From contig JAISBF010000031.1 in NCBI GenBank assembly GCA_031266335.1, positions 12,507-76,506 of the forward strand: a stretch of 64,000 nucleotides of DNA, given 5' to 3'. Both the position numbers and the translations under genes were made by a program. The DNA comes from Verrucomicrobiales bacterium (lineage in GTDB: Bacteria > Verrucomicrobiota > Verrucomicrobiia > Methylacidiphilales > JAAUTS01). The notes beneath the pieces are model-generated. The model was not told the DNA's origin and did not search any database. It saw only the letters and a list, made by a program, of their open reading frames with translations. The first letter of the stretch is position 1. Each line of letters begins with the position of its first letter. Shown here in pieces: positions 8,500 through 19,600 of this stretch.

Positions 8500-10605
8500 T
8501 TACCTGACCGGCTCCAGTTTGAAATAATCAATGCCGATGCCCGCCGCGCGCTCCTGGCAGGCGGGATTCTTCCCGACCGGCGTGAGCTTCAACTCGTGCG
8601 CGCCGGCGCCCAGCGTCAGCGTGCCCAGCACCACCGGCGCGGCGGGCGACACGCCCTTGTAACCCTGCTCCGGCGCCTGGTACAAATCCACCGGCGCGCC
8701 GATATTCTCGCCGTCCACCGCCACCTGATAGATGCCGAATCCCGGCGCCTTGGTGAACCGCGCGATGAGGTTGTATTTGCCGGCGGCGCTGACGGTGAGC
8801 GTCAGCAGCAGCGCGTCGTCGCGCCGGTCGGTGAGCCACCACAACTGCCGGTCGTCGCTCCACGCGCCGGGCTGACGGTGCCACATGGTCTGGGTGTGCC
8901 CCGGGTTAGTGGCGTTGGTCCGCGGCATGGACTCCGCCTCGATGGCGCCCGGCTCGATATATTCGCCGCGCCACGGCGTCCAGTAGCCGACGCGCTCGGT
9001 CACCGGCAGCGGCTCGTAAGCGTCGTCACCGTCAGCGGCCTGATACCAGAACGCCGTCGCCGCGAACAGCGAGATGTTGCCGAACGGGCGCGGGTTGGTG
9101 TTGCGGTAATATTTTTCCAGGTAGCCGGCGAACTCCGTCTGGAACGGCACGTCGTCCGCGATGTGCCAGCGCAAATTCTCGACGTGCCCCGCGTTGCTCT
9201 CGTTGATGGGCTGCGCGTGATACGGGCGCGCGAACGGCGTCGGCGAGCACCAGGCGTAGCCGAAATAATCCTCCGCGCCGGTGCCGAACAGCGACGGGAA
9301 TTGCTCGCCGTCCACGAAAAACTTCTCGTCCCCCTCACCCCACCAGCCGCCGCTCGGACTCCACACGTGCAGCGCCACGCCGACGAAGCGCCCGCGGCCC
9401 TTGGTCACCAGCAGCGGCCAGTCAATCTCGCGGTCGGCGCGCGGCATGAACACGTCGCGGTGCCACTTGGCGTGGAAGCGGCCCAGCTTCGCCGCCTCCG
9501 CCACGGTCAGCGGCTGGTGTGCCACCGCGCAACTCAGCGTCACCGGCAGCGGACTGTCGTTGCCGATTTCAATTTTCGCGCCGCGCGCGAACGGCATGAA
9601 CCAGCGCGCGTAAAACTCGCCGTCAGCCGTCATGCCCGCCGCCCAGGTTTCATACGGCTTCGCGCCGCCGAGGAAGCCGAAGAAATCGCCCAGCGGCGAC
9701 CACACCGCCGGCCGGTCCGCGCCGTCCCACGTCATCGTCAGCGTCACCTGCCGCAGCAGCGTCCGCGCCGCCTCGGCGTCGGCGGGCAGGTCTGTTAACC
9801 TCACGCGCAGCGCCGTGACCGCGCCGCTGCCGGTCAGGCTGCCCACTGTCACTGAGCCGCCGGCGGGCACGGTCACCGTCAGCGGCCTGGCGTCCGCGTC
9901 ACGGTCAGCGCCGCGCACGACTTTCGCGTTCAACTCGTCCAGCGCCGCCGTGTCGTCCGCTGACAGTGGCAGCTTGAACGTCGGCACCGTCGTGCCTTTC
10001 GGCAACAGCGTGTAGTTGAACTGGAAATACTTGCCCCAGCCGGAATCCCTCACTTCCGGCGTGCCCTTGTCCGCCGTGATTTTGCAGGATTTTTGGAACG
10101 GTATCGGCACGTACAAATTCCCGCCCGGCGACCAGCCCTGCGGCCACACCACCACGCCGGGATACGACAGATTCGTCCACGCGGCGAACGGGCCGTTCTT
10201 GAAAAAATGCTCGAACGGCATGTCCACCGCCGGCTCCGCCGCGCCGTCGAGGAACAGGCGCACGTGCCCTTTGGCCGCCGCCGCCGACCACACGCGCCAG
10301 ATGACGCCCGGCCCCTCCAGTTCCGCCATGACCACCTGGTCGCCCTCCTCGCGGATGAAGCCCGTGCCGTCCCCGTTCCGGTCCCAGTCCGTATATTGGT
10401 CAGCGGCAGCGTCGTACTTGCTGGCGCGGTCGTAACTCGACGCCTCGCCCGCCCGCTCACCGTCAGCGGGCAGTGTCGCCAGCCGCGCCATGTCCGTGTA
10501 ACGCGCCACCAGGTCGCGATAGGTGTAAGTTTCCGCCGCGGCCGCTGACAGTGTGCTCACCGTCAGCGCCGCGCCCATGATTCCAACGATTAGTTGCTTG
10601 TTCAT
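8500..10605 (-). CDS. GH172 (DUF2961) family glycoside hydrolase with a C-terminal roughly 140-aa beta-sandwich/CBM-like extension, paralog a
   Basis: Signal peptide. DUF2961-like N-terminal region YRDLVARYTDMARLATLPADGE...SSYDRASKYD...ELEGPGVIWRVW. Central motifs WWGEGDEKFFVDGE and GTGAEDYFGYAW. The tail ends ...GIDYFKLEPVR, as in the two other paralogs. Confidence 0.75.
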   Translation of the reverse strand: MNKQLIVGIMGAALTVSTLSAAAAETYTYRDLVARYTDMARLATLPADGERAGEASSYDRASKYDAAADQYTDWDRNGDGTGFIREEGDQVVMAELEGPGVIWRVWSAAAAKGHVRLFLDGAAEPAVDMPFEHFFKNGPFAAWTNLSYPGVVVWPQGWSPGGNLYVPIPFQKSCKITADKGTPEVRDSGWGKYFQFNYTLLPKGTTVPTFKLPLSADDTAALDELNAKVVRGADRDADARPLTVTVPAGGSVTVGSLTGSGAVTALRVRLTDLPADAEAARTLLRQVTLTMTWDGADRPAVWSPLGDFFGFLGGAKPYETWAAGMTADGEFYARWFMPFARGAKIEIGNDSPLPVTLSCAVAHQPLTVAEAAKLGRFHAKWHRDVFMPRADREIDWPLLVTKGRGRFVGVALHVWSPSGGWWGEGDEKFFVDGEQFPSLFGTGAEDYFGYAWCSPTPFARPYHAQPINESNAGHVENLRWHIADDVPFQTEFAGYLEKYYRNTNPRPFGNISLFAATAFWYQAADGDDAYEPLPVTERVGYWTPWRGEYIEPGAIEAESMPRTNATNPGHTQTMWHRQPGAWSDDRQLWWLTDRRDDALLLTLTVSAAGKYNLIARFTKAPGFGIYQVAVDGENIGAPVDLYQAPEQGYKGVSPAAPVVLGTLTLGAGAHELKLTPVGKNPACQERAAGIGIDYFKLEPVR

Positions 10606-10629
10606 AAATTTTTCCTTTCGCGCGGCCGC

Positions 10630-12687
10630 TTATTTCGCCGGCTCCAGTTTGATATAATCAAGGCCAAACAAATAACCGCGCGACCGCTCGTGCTTGCCGC
10701 TGACGGTGACCCCCAGGAGGTGCGCCCCCGCCGTCAGCGTGAACTCGCCCAGCACCGTCTCGTCGCCGACGCTCACTTGCGGCGCGAAGCCATCCCACTC
10801 CGCGCCCGCCGCGCCGTCCACGTCAAACTTCACCGTCCCGTAATCGTGCGCGCGGGTGCAGCGCGCCAGCACGCGCCACTGGCCCGCCGACGGCGCCTTG
10901 AACTCCACCTCCAGCCGCTGCCCGACGGCGTCCGCGCGCCAGAACAACTGCTGCTGGCGGCTCCATTCGCCGGTCCAGTTCGGGTTGTCCATGATTTGCC
11001 CGCCCGCCGTGATTTTTTCGCGTTCGAGTTGTTCCCGGTTCACCACGCGCAACTTCTCGCCCTCCTGCGCGCCGGGCACGTGGAACACGACCGGGTTGGC
11101 GAGCGGCGCGCGCGCCGCCCACGGCGTCGCCGCGTAGTCGTCCTCACCGTCAGCGGCGAGATACCAATACGCCACCGCCGCGTAAGCCGCCTTGCGGAAA
11201 TATTTTTCCATCGCGCCCTCGAACAATTTTTGGAACGGGATGTTGTCCGCGATGTGCCAGCGCACATTGTCCACGTGCCCCTCGTTCTCCTCGTTCACCG
11301 GCTGCGCGTGCAGCGGGCGGACGAAGCGGTGCCAGTCGCACCAGGCGTAGCCGAAATAATCCTCGCTGCCGGTGCCGAGGGTCGAGGGGAATTTCTCGCC
11401 GTCCACCCAGAACTTCTCGTCGCCCTCGCCCCACCAGCCGCCGCCGGGATTCCACACGTGCAGCGTCACGCCGGCGAAGCGCCCGCGGCCCTTCGTCACC
11501 AGCAGCGTCCAGTCAATCGCGCGGTCCTTGGTCGCCGGCAAAAAGGCGTCGCCGTGCCATTTCGCGTGGAAGCGCAACAACTTGTCAACATCCGCCGGCG
11601 GCGGCGCGGTGACGGCCGCCCACGTCATCGTCACCGGCCGCGGGCCGTCGTTGCCGACCTCGATTTTCGCCCCGTGGCCGAACGGCATGAACCAGTAACA
11701 ATAAAACGTCCCGTCGTCGAGCTGCCCCGCCGGCAGCGTCCGAAACGGCTCCGGCGCCGCCGCCGCGCCGAAGAAATCGCCGAGTTGCGACCACACCGCC
11801 GGCTGCGGCCGGCCGTCCCAATACGCGCTGACGGTGAGTTGCGCCAACAGCGCGCGCCGCGCTTCAAGGTCGGCGGGCAAATCCTTGATGTTGACCTTCA
11901 GCGCCGTGATGGCGCCGCTGCCGGTGAACTCCGCCGCCACCGCCCGCCCGCTGCCGCTGACCGTGACCTCGCGCGTGACCAGCTTCGCCCCGGCGCGTTC
12001 CCCCGCCGGGTCAGCGCCGCTGTTGGCGAGGATGGCGTTCGCGCGATCCAGCGCCGCCTCGTCCGCCGCCGTCAGCGGCAGCTTGAAGGTCGGCACCACC
12101 GTGCCCGGCGGGAACTTGGTGTAATTGAACTGATAGTAATTGCCCCAGCCCGGCTCCGCGACGATTTTGCAGGATTTCTGGAACGGGATTGGCGTGTAAT
12201 TGTTCAGGCCCTGCGCCTCGGTCCGGTACACCAGCAGCGGGCGCGTGAACGGCGCGTGCCGCCCGTCGAAATATTCCTTGAAACGCAAATCCACCGCCGG
12301 CTCCGCCGCGCCGTCGAGGTAAATCTTCACCCGCCCGTCGCCCGCCGTGGCCGACCACGTCCGCCAAATCACGCCCGGCCCTTCCAGTTCCGCCATGACG
12401 ATTTGCCCGTGTTCCTCGCGAATGAAACCGCCGCCGTCGCCGTTGGCGCCCCACTCAAGATATTGGCCGCTGTCAGCGTCGTACTGGCTCTTGCGGTCGT
12501 AGCTCGACGCCAGCGCGCCGAGTTCGCCGTCGGCCGGCGGCGTGGCCAGCAATTCCAGGCTAGTCAGCCGCGCCGCCAAGTCGCCGTAGGTGTAAGTTGC
12601 CGCCCGGCCGCTGACGGTGACCGCGGTCACGGTCAGCGCCAGCGCCGCCATTTTCTGCCATTGTCTGGTAGTCATAAATTTTTTCAC
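10630..12687 (-). CDS. GH172 (DUF2961) family glycoside hydrolase, paralog b
   Basis: Same motif set (SSYDRKSQYD, ELEGPGVIWRTW, WWGEGDEKFWVDGE, GTGSEDYFGYAW, ...DYIKLEPAK). The listed start is GTG at 12687. An alternative ATG at 12675 gives MTTRQWQKMAALALTV. Confidence 0.75.
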   Translation of the reverse strand: MKKFMTTRQWQKMAALALTVTAVTVSGRAATYTYGDLAARLTSLELLATPPADGELGALASSYDRKSQYDADSGQYLEWGANGDGGGFIREEHGQIVMAELEGPGVIWRTWSATAGDGRVKIYLDGAAEPAVDLRFKEYFDGRHAPFTRPLLVYRTEAQGLNNYTPIPFQKSCKIVAEPGWGNYYQFNYTKFPPGTVVPTFKLPLTAADEAALDRANAILANSGADPAGERAGAKLVTREVTVSGSGRAVAAEFTGSGAITALKVNIKDLPADLEARRALLAQLTVSAYWDGRPQPAVWSQLGDFFGAAAAPEPFRTLPAGQLDDGTFYCYWFMPFGHGAKIEVGNDGPRPVTMTWAAVTAPPPADVDKLLRFHAKWHGDAFLPATKDRAIDWTLLVTKGRGRFAGVTLHVWNPGGGWWGEGDEKFWVDGEKFPSTLGTGSEDYFGYAWCDWHRFVRPLHAQPVNEENEGHVDNVRWHIADNIPFQKLFEGAMEKYFRKAAYAAVAYWYLAADGEDDYAATPWAARAPLANPVVFHVPGAQEGEKLRVVNREQLEREKITAGGQIMDNPNWTGEWSRQQQLFWRADAVGQRLEVEFKAPSAGQWRVLARCTRAHDYGTVKFDVDGAAGAEWDGFAPQVSVGDETVLGEFTLTAGAHLLGVTVSGKHERSRGYLFGLDYIKLEPAK

Positions 12688-12691
12688 TATT

Positions 12692-15600
12692 TCACGGATA
12701 GGTGCCGGGTTCGTGGAAATCCAGCGTCAGCGAGGTTATTTTGTCCGGCCCGCCGCCGAGGGTGAGGATGATTTCATTGTCAGCGCCGAACTTGACCCAC
12801 GGCGTGATGTTCAGCGTCAGCACGTCCGCCTCCTTGGTGTGCGGGCGCAGATAGTGACCGTTGATGACCACGCCGGTCATGCGATTGCCGCGGATGCACA
12901 CCGTGCGCCCGCGCGCCTCGTCACTGAGCCTGACCACGCGGCGCAGCGCCAGCGTGTTTTTTTCCGTCGTGCCGGGCACGCTGATAGCGGGGCGCCAGTT
13001 CAAGTAATCGCCGCTCGGCTGCCATTCGCCGGCCAAATCCTGCCGCGCCGCCGGGTCAGGGTAAAACGACATCCACGACGACTCGCGCGCGCCGAGTTTC
13101 ACGCGCTCGTTCTTCTCGCTGCGCACCTCAACCGCGAACACATGCGTGCTGCCCGGCGCCACCGGCAGCGCCATGCAGCGGTCGGCGAGCGGCTGCCCGT
13201 CCATATAATAACGCGTCCAGCCGTCGCAATGCGTGAGCCGCAGGTCGATGGTGCCGCCGCGCCAGTCGTCGGGGATGGTCACTGCCTTGCGAAAGATGCC
13301 GCGTTTCGCGCCGGGGTGGTCGGGATGTGTGAACACGTCGAACGCGCGCGTCTCCCAGTCACGGTCAGCGAACTCAACCGCCACCTCCGGCGGCAGCGCG
13401 CCCGCGCCCAGCTCGACGTTGTCGAGCACCTTGAATCGCCAGCCCTCGGTGAGGTTGACCATGCGCAGCGGCGCGGGCGTGGGGAACGGCTTGCCCAGGT
13501 CGCCGTCAGCGCCGCTCCACCAGCCGCGTTGCAACGCGAACCACTCGTCCGCCGCGCCACTGACGGTGCGCGGGGTGAGGTAAACATTGACTATGCACGG
13601 CGCCGGCACCCGCACCGGTAGCCGCCCGTCACTCATCGCGTGCCGCGCGCCGGTCTGCAAATTCACGAACCACGCGGGGCGCAGCGGCTCGTCCATCACC
13701 ACCGCGCCGGTCAACTCGGCATTCTGGCTGCGGTTGAACACGACCCACACGTCGTACAGGCCGTTGTTGCTGATGAAGCGCCGCCAGATGACGTTCTGGT
13801 TTTCACCGTCAGCCTCGAAACGCGCCGGCACCGGCGCCAGGCCGAGCCATTGGAACAAGTGGTGGAAAAACGGATTGCCGCGCTTCGCGTCAAACTGCGG
13901 GCCGACGGTGACCACATAACCTTTGCCGATTTTACGCCAGCCGACCGCCGCGCTGCCGTCTTTCCACTTGGCGAGGATTTGCGCGTCGTCCTCGACCCGC
14001 TGATAATGCGCGCCGCTGATGGTGCCGAAGTCAAGGCCGGCGGGCAAAAACCCGCGCGCCTCCTCAGCGGCGCTGACGCTGACGGTGTCGTGGTAAAAAT
14101 ATTTTCCCGGTTTCGCGCGAAAACCGCTGAGCCGCGCGAGCGGCCACGAGTCCGGCACCTCGTAGCTGTGCCGCCCGCTGTCGCCGTAAGTCACGAACAC
14201 GCCGCCGTGCTTGACGAAGCGCTCGATGCCGCTGACGGTGGCCTCGTCCATGAACGCGGTGTTGGCGTCCACGATGACGCGGTATTTGTCGCACTGATTG
14301 TTTTGGAACGACAGCTCGGTCACCGCGTCGCTTTCATAAATCGGGCCGGGCGGCACGCCCTCCAGCGGGCTGAACAAGTGGCGACTGTTGAACCCGGACA
14401 CGAAGCCGCTGCCGCGCAACAGCGGCTCACCGTCAGCGTTCGCGGCGAGGAAGCCGTTGCCCGTCCGCGGGTTCATCCACGGGAACCCCGGCAGCCGCTC
14501 GACGCGCGCGGAATAAATCGCCGCCACCTGCGCCGTGGTCGCGTGGTAGCGGCCGATGGTCGAATACACGTTGATGTAATCCTCGAAATTTTGCTTGATG
14601 TCCGGCCGCCAATAAACCTCGCCCATGTGCTGGAACAAATCCACCGCGTTCACGCCCTCGGTCAACCAGTTGCCGAACGAGAACGACAAATGCTCCGCGA
14701 TGGCCGGCCCCTGGCTCGGCTCGGTGCTCATCGGCAGCCCCGCCGCGCGCATGTGCGCCGGCAGCCGGTCGCACCACCAGCCGCCCATGTAGCCGGTGTT
14801 GTGGAAGTCGCCGCCGAACTCAATCGCCGCCTGCTGGATCACGTCCACGTAGGAATCCGGCGACATCAAAATAATCCCGCGGTCGGGGTCGGCCTGGCGA
14901 ATCATCTGCATCCCGCGCCGCACGACCTGCCCGCGAATGTGAAACATCCAGTGATAAAAATCCGCCCACCGCGCGTTTTTCGCCGCGCCGAGCAGCGGGT
15001 AATTTTGCGGCGCCTCGCCGGACAAATAAATCCGGTAGTTCATCATGCCGCGCGGCAGCCGCAGCGCCAGCGTGTTGCCGCTGTCCTTCAGCAGCGCCGT
15101 CACGTCGTACGCCCCGCGATGGCTCTCGTCGAACAGCGGGATGGCCGCCTCCAGCGCCTTGCCGTTGAGCGCGACGACGACGCGCTGGCTCAGGTCCTTG
15201 TTCCGCGCCGCGGCGCGCACGTCGTTCAGGTCCCAGACGTAGAGCCAGATTTTTTTGTGCGCCGAGCGCCAGCCACTGTCAGCGTCGAAGTGCCGCCGCC
15301 ACAACACCGGCTTCGGCGCGATGGTGCCGGCCAGCCGGGCGAGGCCGTGGTCGGGCGCGACAATGGTCGGCCACGCGCGGTCGTCGAAGTCCGCCGCCAG
15401 CGCCGCGTCATTGTCAGCGGCCTCGTAACTCGCGCGCCACTCGCCCTGCAAATCCCGCGCGTCCGGTCCCCAGCCGAAAAACTCCGCCACCTCCGGCACC
15501 CGCACGTCCGCCCACGAGCGCAGCGGCAAATCCCAGCGCGCTGCCAGTGCCGCCACGGTCTGATATTTGTCGCGCAAATACTCGCGATAATTCGCGTCCG

Positions 15601-16696
15601 CCAGCGGCCCGTGCTCGACCAGGTAATCCGCCGGCCCGTGCCCCATCTCGCCGTGCGGCTCCAGCCACGCGCTGATGTTCTCGATGCCGCGGGTTTTGCG
15701 CACGATTTGCTGCAACTGCGCGAACAGCGTGTCTTGCGCCTCCTCCGCGCACCACGACACGGTCTCGCCGCCCCAGCGCATCGAGCCGTAATACGAGCCG
15801 AGAAAGCCCGGCGCGAACTGCATCATCGTCAGCGGCTCGCGGTTATACACCCAGAAATGCGTCTTCGCCGTGAGGTCGAGATTCATCCCCACCGGCAGCC
15901 CCTTGTTGACCGCCGAGCGCAGCACCCATTCCCAGCCGACGTCGTTGGTCAGCCACTCCGCGCTGTGCCCGTATTGCGCGCCGGTCCAAATGGTGACGCC
16001 CGCGCGACGGTTCGCCGCGGCGAACTCGAAATCCTGCGCCTGGTCGTAGGCCGGGTCGCCGTGAATGCCGTCCGGCCCCAGCTTCAGCCAGCCCGGCCCG
16101 TAGTAAAAATGGAAACCGTATTTGTCAAACCGGTCGAGCCACATCGGCACCGGCACCGCCGCTGAGGATGACCAGCCGTCGCCCAGCGTCAGCGCCTTGC
16201 CTAACAAGTCGCCGAGCGCCGCCGCCGACGCTGACGCCGCGACCACCACCGTGCCGCCGCGTTGCAACGCCGCCACCGCGCCCTGCGCGCCGGCGTCGCG
16301 GAAATTGACGGTCTGCCCGCCGACGCTGACCGTGCCCGGCTTGGTGCCCGGCGGCAGCGAGTCGAGGTCGGACAAATATTTCGCCTGCGTCAACTTCGCC
16401 TTCTCCTCGCTCTCGCAGTTGATTTGCAACAACGTGCCGCCGTCAGCGCCGCGCCAACTGGTACCGCTGACCGTGCCGTAGGCGCGCAATTTTTTCGGCG
16501 CGAACATCCCGCTCACCGTCAGCGCCGTCCCGTTTACCAGCGTCGCCGGCGCGCGGTCAGCCGCGGCGGTGGCGGTTTTTTTTGCCGCGCCAGTGTCAGC
16601 GGCGGATTTTTTCGGCAACCGCTGCCCGCACACGGTCAGCGTCAGCGCCGGCAGCAAAGTCAAGGTCAACAACCATTTCATAGCATTTCCTGTCAT
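12692..16696 (-). CDS. giant secreted GH42-like multidomain glycosidase, paralog P1 of 5
   Basis: Signal peptide. AWLEPHGEMGHG is a clan GH-A acid/base-like xEP. REYLRDKYQTVAALAARW resembles the GH42 region. LPMSTEPSQGP is a GH42-type nucleophile region. YRVIVD...FVKHGGVFVTYGDSG resembles the GH42 trimerisation/GATase1-like domain. There are three galactose-binding-like beta-sandwich segments. The C-terminus is ...DFHEPGTYP. Confidence 0.65.
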   Translation of the reverse strand: MTGNAMKWLLTLTLLPALTLTVCGQRLPKKSAADTGAAKKTATAAADRAPATLVNGTALTVSGMFAPKKLRAYGTVSGTSWRGADGGTLLQINCESEEKAKLTQAKYLSDLDSLPPGTKPGTVSVGGQTVNFRDAGAQGAVAALQRGGTVVVAASASAAALGDLLGKALTLGDGWSSSAAVPVPMWLDRFDKYGFHFYYGPGWLKLGPDGIHGDPAYDQAQDFEFAAANRRAGVTIWTGAQYGHSAEWLTNDVGWEWVLRSAVNKGLPVGMNLDLTAKTHFWVYNREPLTMMQFAPGFLGSYYGSMRWGGETVSWCAEEAQDTLFAQLQQIVRKTRGIENISAWLEPHGEMGHGPADYLVEHGPLADANYREYLRDKYQTVAALAARWDLPLRSWADVRVPEVAEFFGWGPDARDLQGEWRASYEAADNDAALAADFDDRAWPTIVAPDHGLARLAGTIAPKPVLWRRHFDADSGWRSAHKKIWLYVWDLNDVRAAARNKDLSQRVVVALNGKALEAAIPLFDESHRGAYDVTALLKDSGNTLALRLPRGMMNYRIYLSGEAPQNYPLLGAAKNARWADFYHWMFHIRGQVVRRGMQMIRQADPDRGIILMSPDSYVDVIQQAAIEFGGDFHNTGYMGGWWCDRLPAHMRAAGLPMSTEPSQGPAIAEHLSFSFGNWLTEGVNAVDLFQHMGEVYWRPDIKQNFEDYINVYSTIGRYHATTAQVAAIYSARVERLPGFPWMNPRTGNGFLAANADGEPLLRGSGFVSGFNSRHLFSPLEGVPPGPIYESDAVTELSFQNNQCDKYRVIVDANTAFMDEATVSGIERFVKHGGVFVTYGDSGRHSYEVPDSWPLARLSGFRAKPGKYFYHDTVSVSAAEEARGFLPAGLDFGTISGAHYQRVEDDAQILAKWKDGSAAVGWRKIGKGYVVTVGPQFDAKRGNPFFHHLFQWLGLAPVPARFEADGENQNVIWRRFISNNGLYDVWVVFNRSQNAELTGAVVMDEPLRPAWFVNLQTGARHAMSDGRLPVRVPAPCIVNVYLTPRTVSGAADEWFALQRGWWSGADGDLGKPFPTPAPLRMVNLTEGWRFKVLDNVELGAGALPPEVAVEFADRDWETRAFDVFTHPDHPGAKRGIFRKAVTIPDDWRGGTIDLRLTHCDGWTRYYMDGQPLADRCMALPVAPGSTHVFAVEVRSEKNERVKLGARESSWMSFYPDPAARQDLAGEWQPSGDYLNWRPAISVPGTTEKNTLALRRVVRLSDEARGRTVCIRGNRMTGVVINGHYLRPHTKEADVLTLNITPWVKFGADNEIILTLGGGPDKITSLTLDFHEPGTYP

Positions 16697-19600
16697 GGAT
16701 ATGTCCCCGGTTCGTGAAAGTCCAGCGACAGCGTGGTGATGGGGTCCGGCCCGCCGCCGAGGGTGAGGATGATTTCATTGTCAGCGCCGGGTTTCACCCA
16801 CGGCGTGATGTTCAGCGTCAGCACATCGGCCTCCTTGGTGTGCGGGCGCAGATAATGACCGTTGATGACCACGCCGGTCATGCGATTGCCGCGGATGCAC
16901 ACCGTGCGCCCGCGCGCCTCGTCGCTGACCCTGACCACGCGGCGCAACGCCAGCGTGTTTTTCTCCGTCGTGCCGGGCACGCTGACGGTGGGACGCCAGT
17001 TCAAGTAATCGCCGCTCGGCTGCCACTCGCCGGACAAATCCTGCCGCGCCGCCGGATTGGGATAGAAGGCCAGCCACGACGCCTCGGCGGCGCCGAGGAA
17101 TTTGCGCCCGTTGTCGCTTTGGATATCCGCGGCAATCATAAATTTATCGCCCGGCCGCAGGTCCAGGTCGTCGTTGCGACCAATCGGCTGGCCGTTCAGA
17201 TAATACTGCTCCCGCCCGCGCCCGTAGGCTGACGACAACCGCAGGGAGATGGTGCCGTTGAGCCAGTTGTCAGGGATTTGGATTTCGCGCCGGAACACGC
17301 CGCGCCGCGCGTCGGGGTGGTCGGGCAGGGTGAACACATTGAGCGGGCGCGTCTCCCAGTCGCCGTCGCTGACGGTGGCGGCGACCTCCGGCGGCGGGTT
17401 GGTTTTTTGCTCCAGCGCCAGCGGCTTGAATTTCCAGCCGTCGGTGACGCCGACCGACCACTTCGGCGCCGGCTGGGGGAACGGTTTGCCGGGATCACCG
17501 GCAGCGCCGCTCCACCAGCCGCGTTGCAGCGTGAACCACTCGTCCGCCGCGCCGCTGACGGTGCGCGGCGTGAGCCACACGTTGACCGCCATCGGCGGCA
17601 GTTGCACCGTCAGCGTGTTGCCGGCGAGCGGGTGCCGCGCGGAGGTCTGCACGTCCACCAACCATGTCGGGCGTGCCGGCGTGTCCAGCGTCAGCGTGGC
17701 GGTCAGCGCGGAATCGCGGGTGCAGTTGAACACCACCCACACGTCGTAGAGGCCGCTGTTGCTGACGAAATGCCGCCACACCACGGTGCGCGGATTGCCG
17801 TCGCTGACCGTGATGTTCGCCGGCACCGGCTTGATGTTCAGCCACGCGAACAGGCTCTTGAAAAAGTCGTTGCCGCGTTGCATGTCAAACTGCGGGCCGA
17901 CCGTGACGACATAACCCTTGCCGATTTTTCGCAGGCCGACCGCCGCGCTGCCGTCGTTCCACTTGGCGAGGATTTGCGCGTCGTCCTCGATCCGCTGATA
18001 GTGCGCGCCGCCGATGGTGCCGAGGTCAAGGTCGGCGGGCAAAAACCCGCGCGCATCCTCAGCGGCGCTGACGCTGACCGTGCCGTTGGTGAAGTATTTG
18101 CCCGGCTTGGAACGGAAGCCGGTGAGTCGCGCGAGCGGCCACGAATCCGGCACCTCATAGGTATGCCGCCCGCTGTCGCCGTAAGTCACGAACACGCCGC
18201 CGTTCCTGACGAAGCGCTCGATGCCGCTGACGGTGGCCTCGTCCATGAACGAGGTGCTGGTGTCCACGATGACGCGATATTTGCCGCACTGGTCTTTTTG
18301 GAACGACAACTCGGTCACCGCGTCGCTCTCGAAATACAGGCAGCCTTCCGGCAGCAAGCCGTTGCCAAGCGGGCTGAACAGGCTGCGGACGTTGAACTGC
18401 GACACGTAGGCGTTGCCGCGAAACAGCGGCTCACCGTCAGCGTTCGTCTGCGCGCGCGCGTGCAGCCACGGGAAGCCGAGCAGCCGCTCGACGCGCCCGG
18501 AATACAGCGCCGCGATTTGCGCCGTCTCCGCGTGGTAACGCCCGACACTCGTATAGACGCGCATGTAATCGTCGAAATTTTTCTTCACCTCCGGCCACCA
18601 CAGCGTCTCGCCCATGTGCTGGAAAAAGTCCACCGCGTTCACGCCCTCGGTCAGCCAGTGCCCGACATACAGCGGCAGCTCCCACGCCGCCTGCGGCCCG
18701 CCGCCCGGCTCGACGCTCATCGGCAGCCCCGCCGCGCGCATGTAGGCGGCCAGCCGGTCGCACCACCAGGCCGCCATGTAGCCGGTGTTGTGAAAATCGC
18801 CGCCGTACTCAATCGCCGCCTGATGGATGGCCTCGACGTAATAATCCGGCGACATCAGGATAATCCCGCGGTCGGGGTCGGCCTGGCGAATCATTTGCAT
18901 CCCGCGCCGCAGCACGTTCGCGCGGATGTGAAAGGTCCAGTTGTAAAAATCCGTCCACTGCGCGTTGCCGCCCGCGCCGAGCAGCGGATACGCGCGCGGC
19001 GCCTCGCCTGATAAGTAAATACGATAGTTGACCGCGCCGCGCGGCAGCCGCAGCGCCAGCACGTTGCCGCTGTCCTTGAGCAGCGCCGTCACGTCAAACG
19101 CCGCGCGGTGGCTCTCGTCGAACAGCGGATTTTTTTCCTCCAATACCTTGCCGTTCAACGCCGCCACCACGCGCAGGCTGGCGTCTTTTTTCCGCCCGTG
19201 GTCAATGTTGTTGTTCATGTCCCAGATATAGAGCCAGACTTTTTTTTGCGCCGCGCGCCAAATACTGTCAGCGTCGAAGTGCCGCCGCCACAACACCGGC
19301 TTCGGCGCGATGGTGCCGGCCAGCCGGCCCAGCGCGTGATCGGGCGCGACGATGGTCGGCCACGCGCGGTCGTCGAAGTCCGCCGCCAGCGCCGCGTCAT
19401 TGTCAGCGGCCTCGTAGCTCGCACGCCACTCGCCTTTCAAGTCCCGCGCGTCCGGCCCCCAGCCCATAAACTCCGCCACCTCCGGCACCTTCACGTCGTC
19501 CCACGCGCGCAAATTTTTCTCCCAGCGCGCTGACAGTGCGGCGACGGTCCGGTATTTGCCGCGCAGGTATTCGCGGTAGCTCGCGTCCGCCAGCGGCCCG

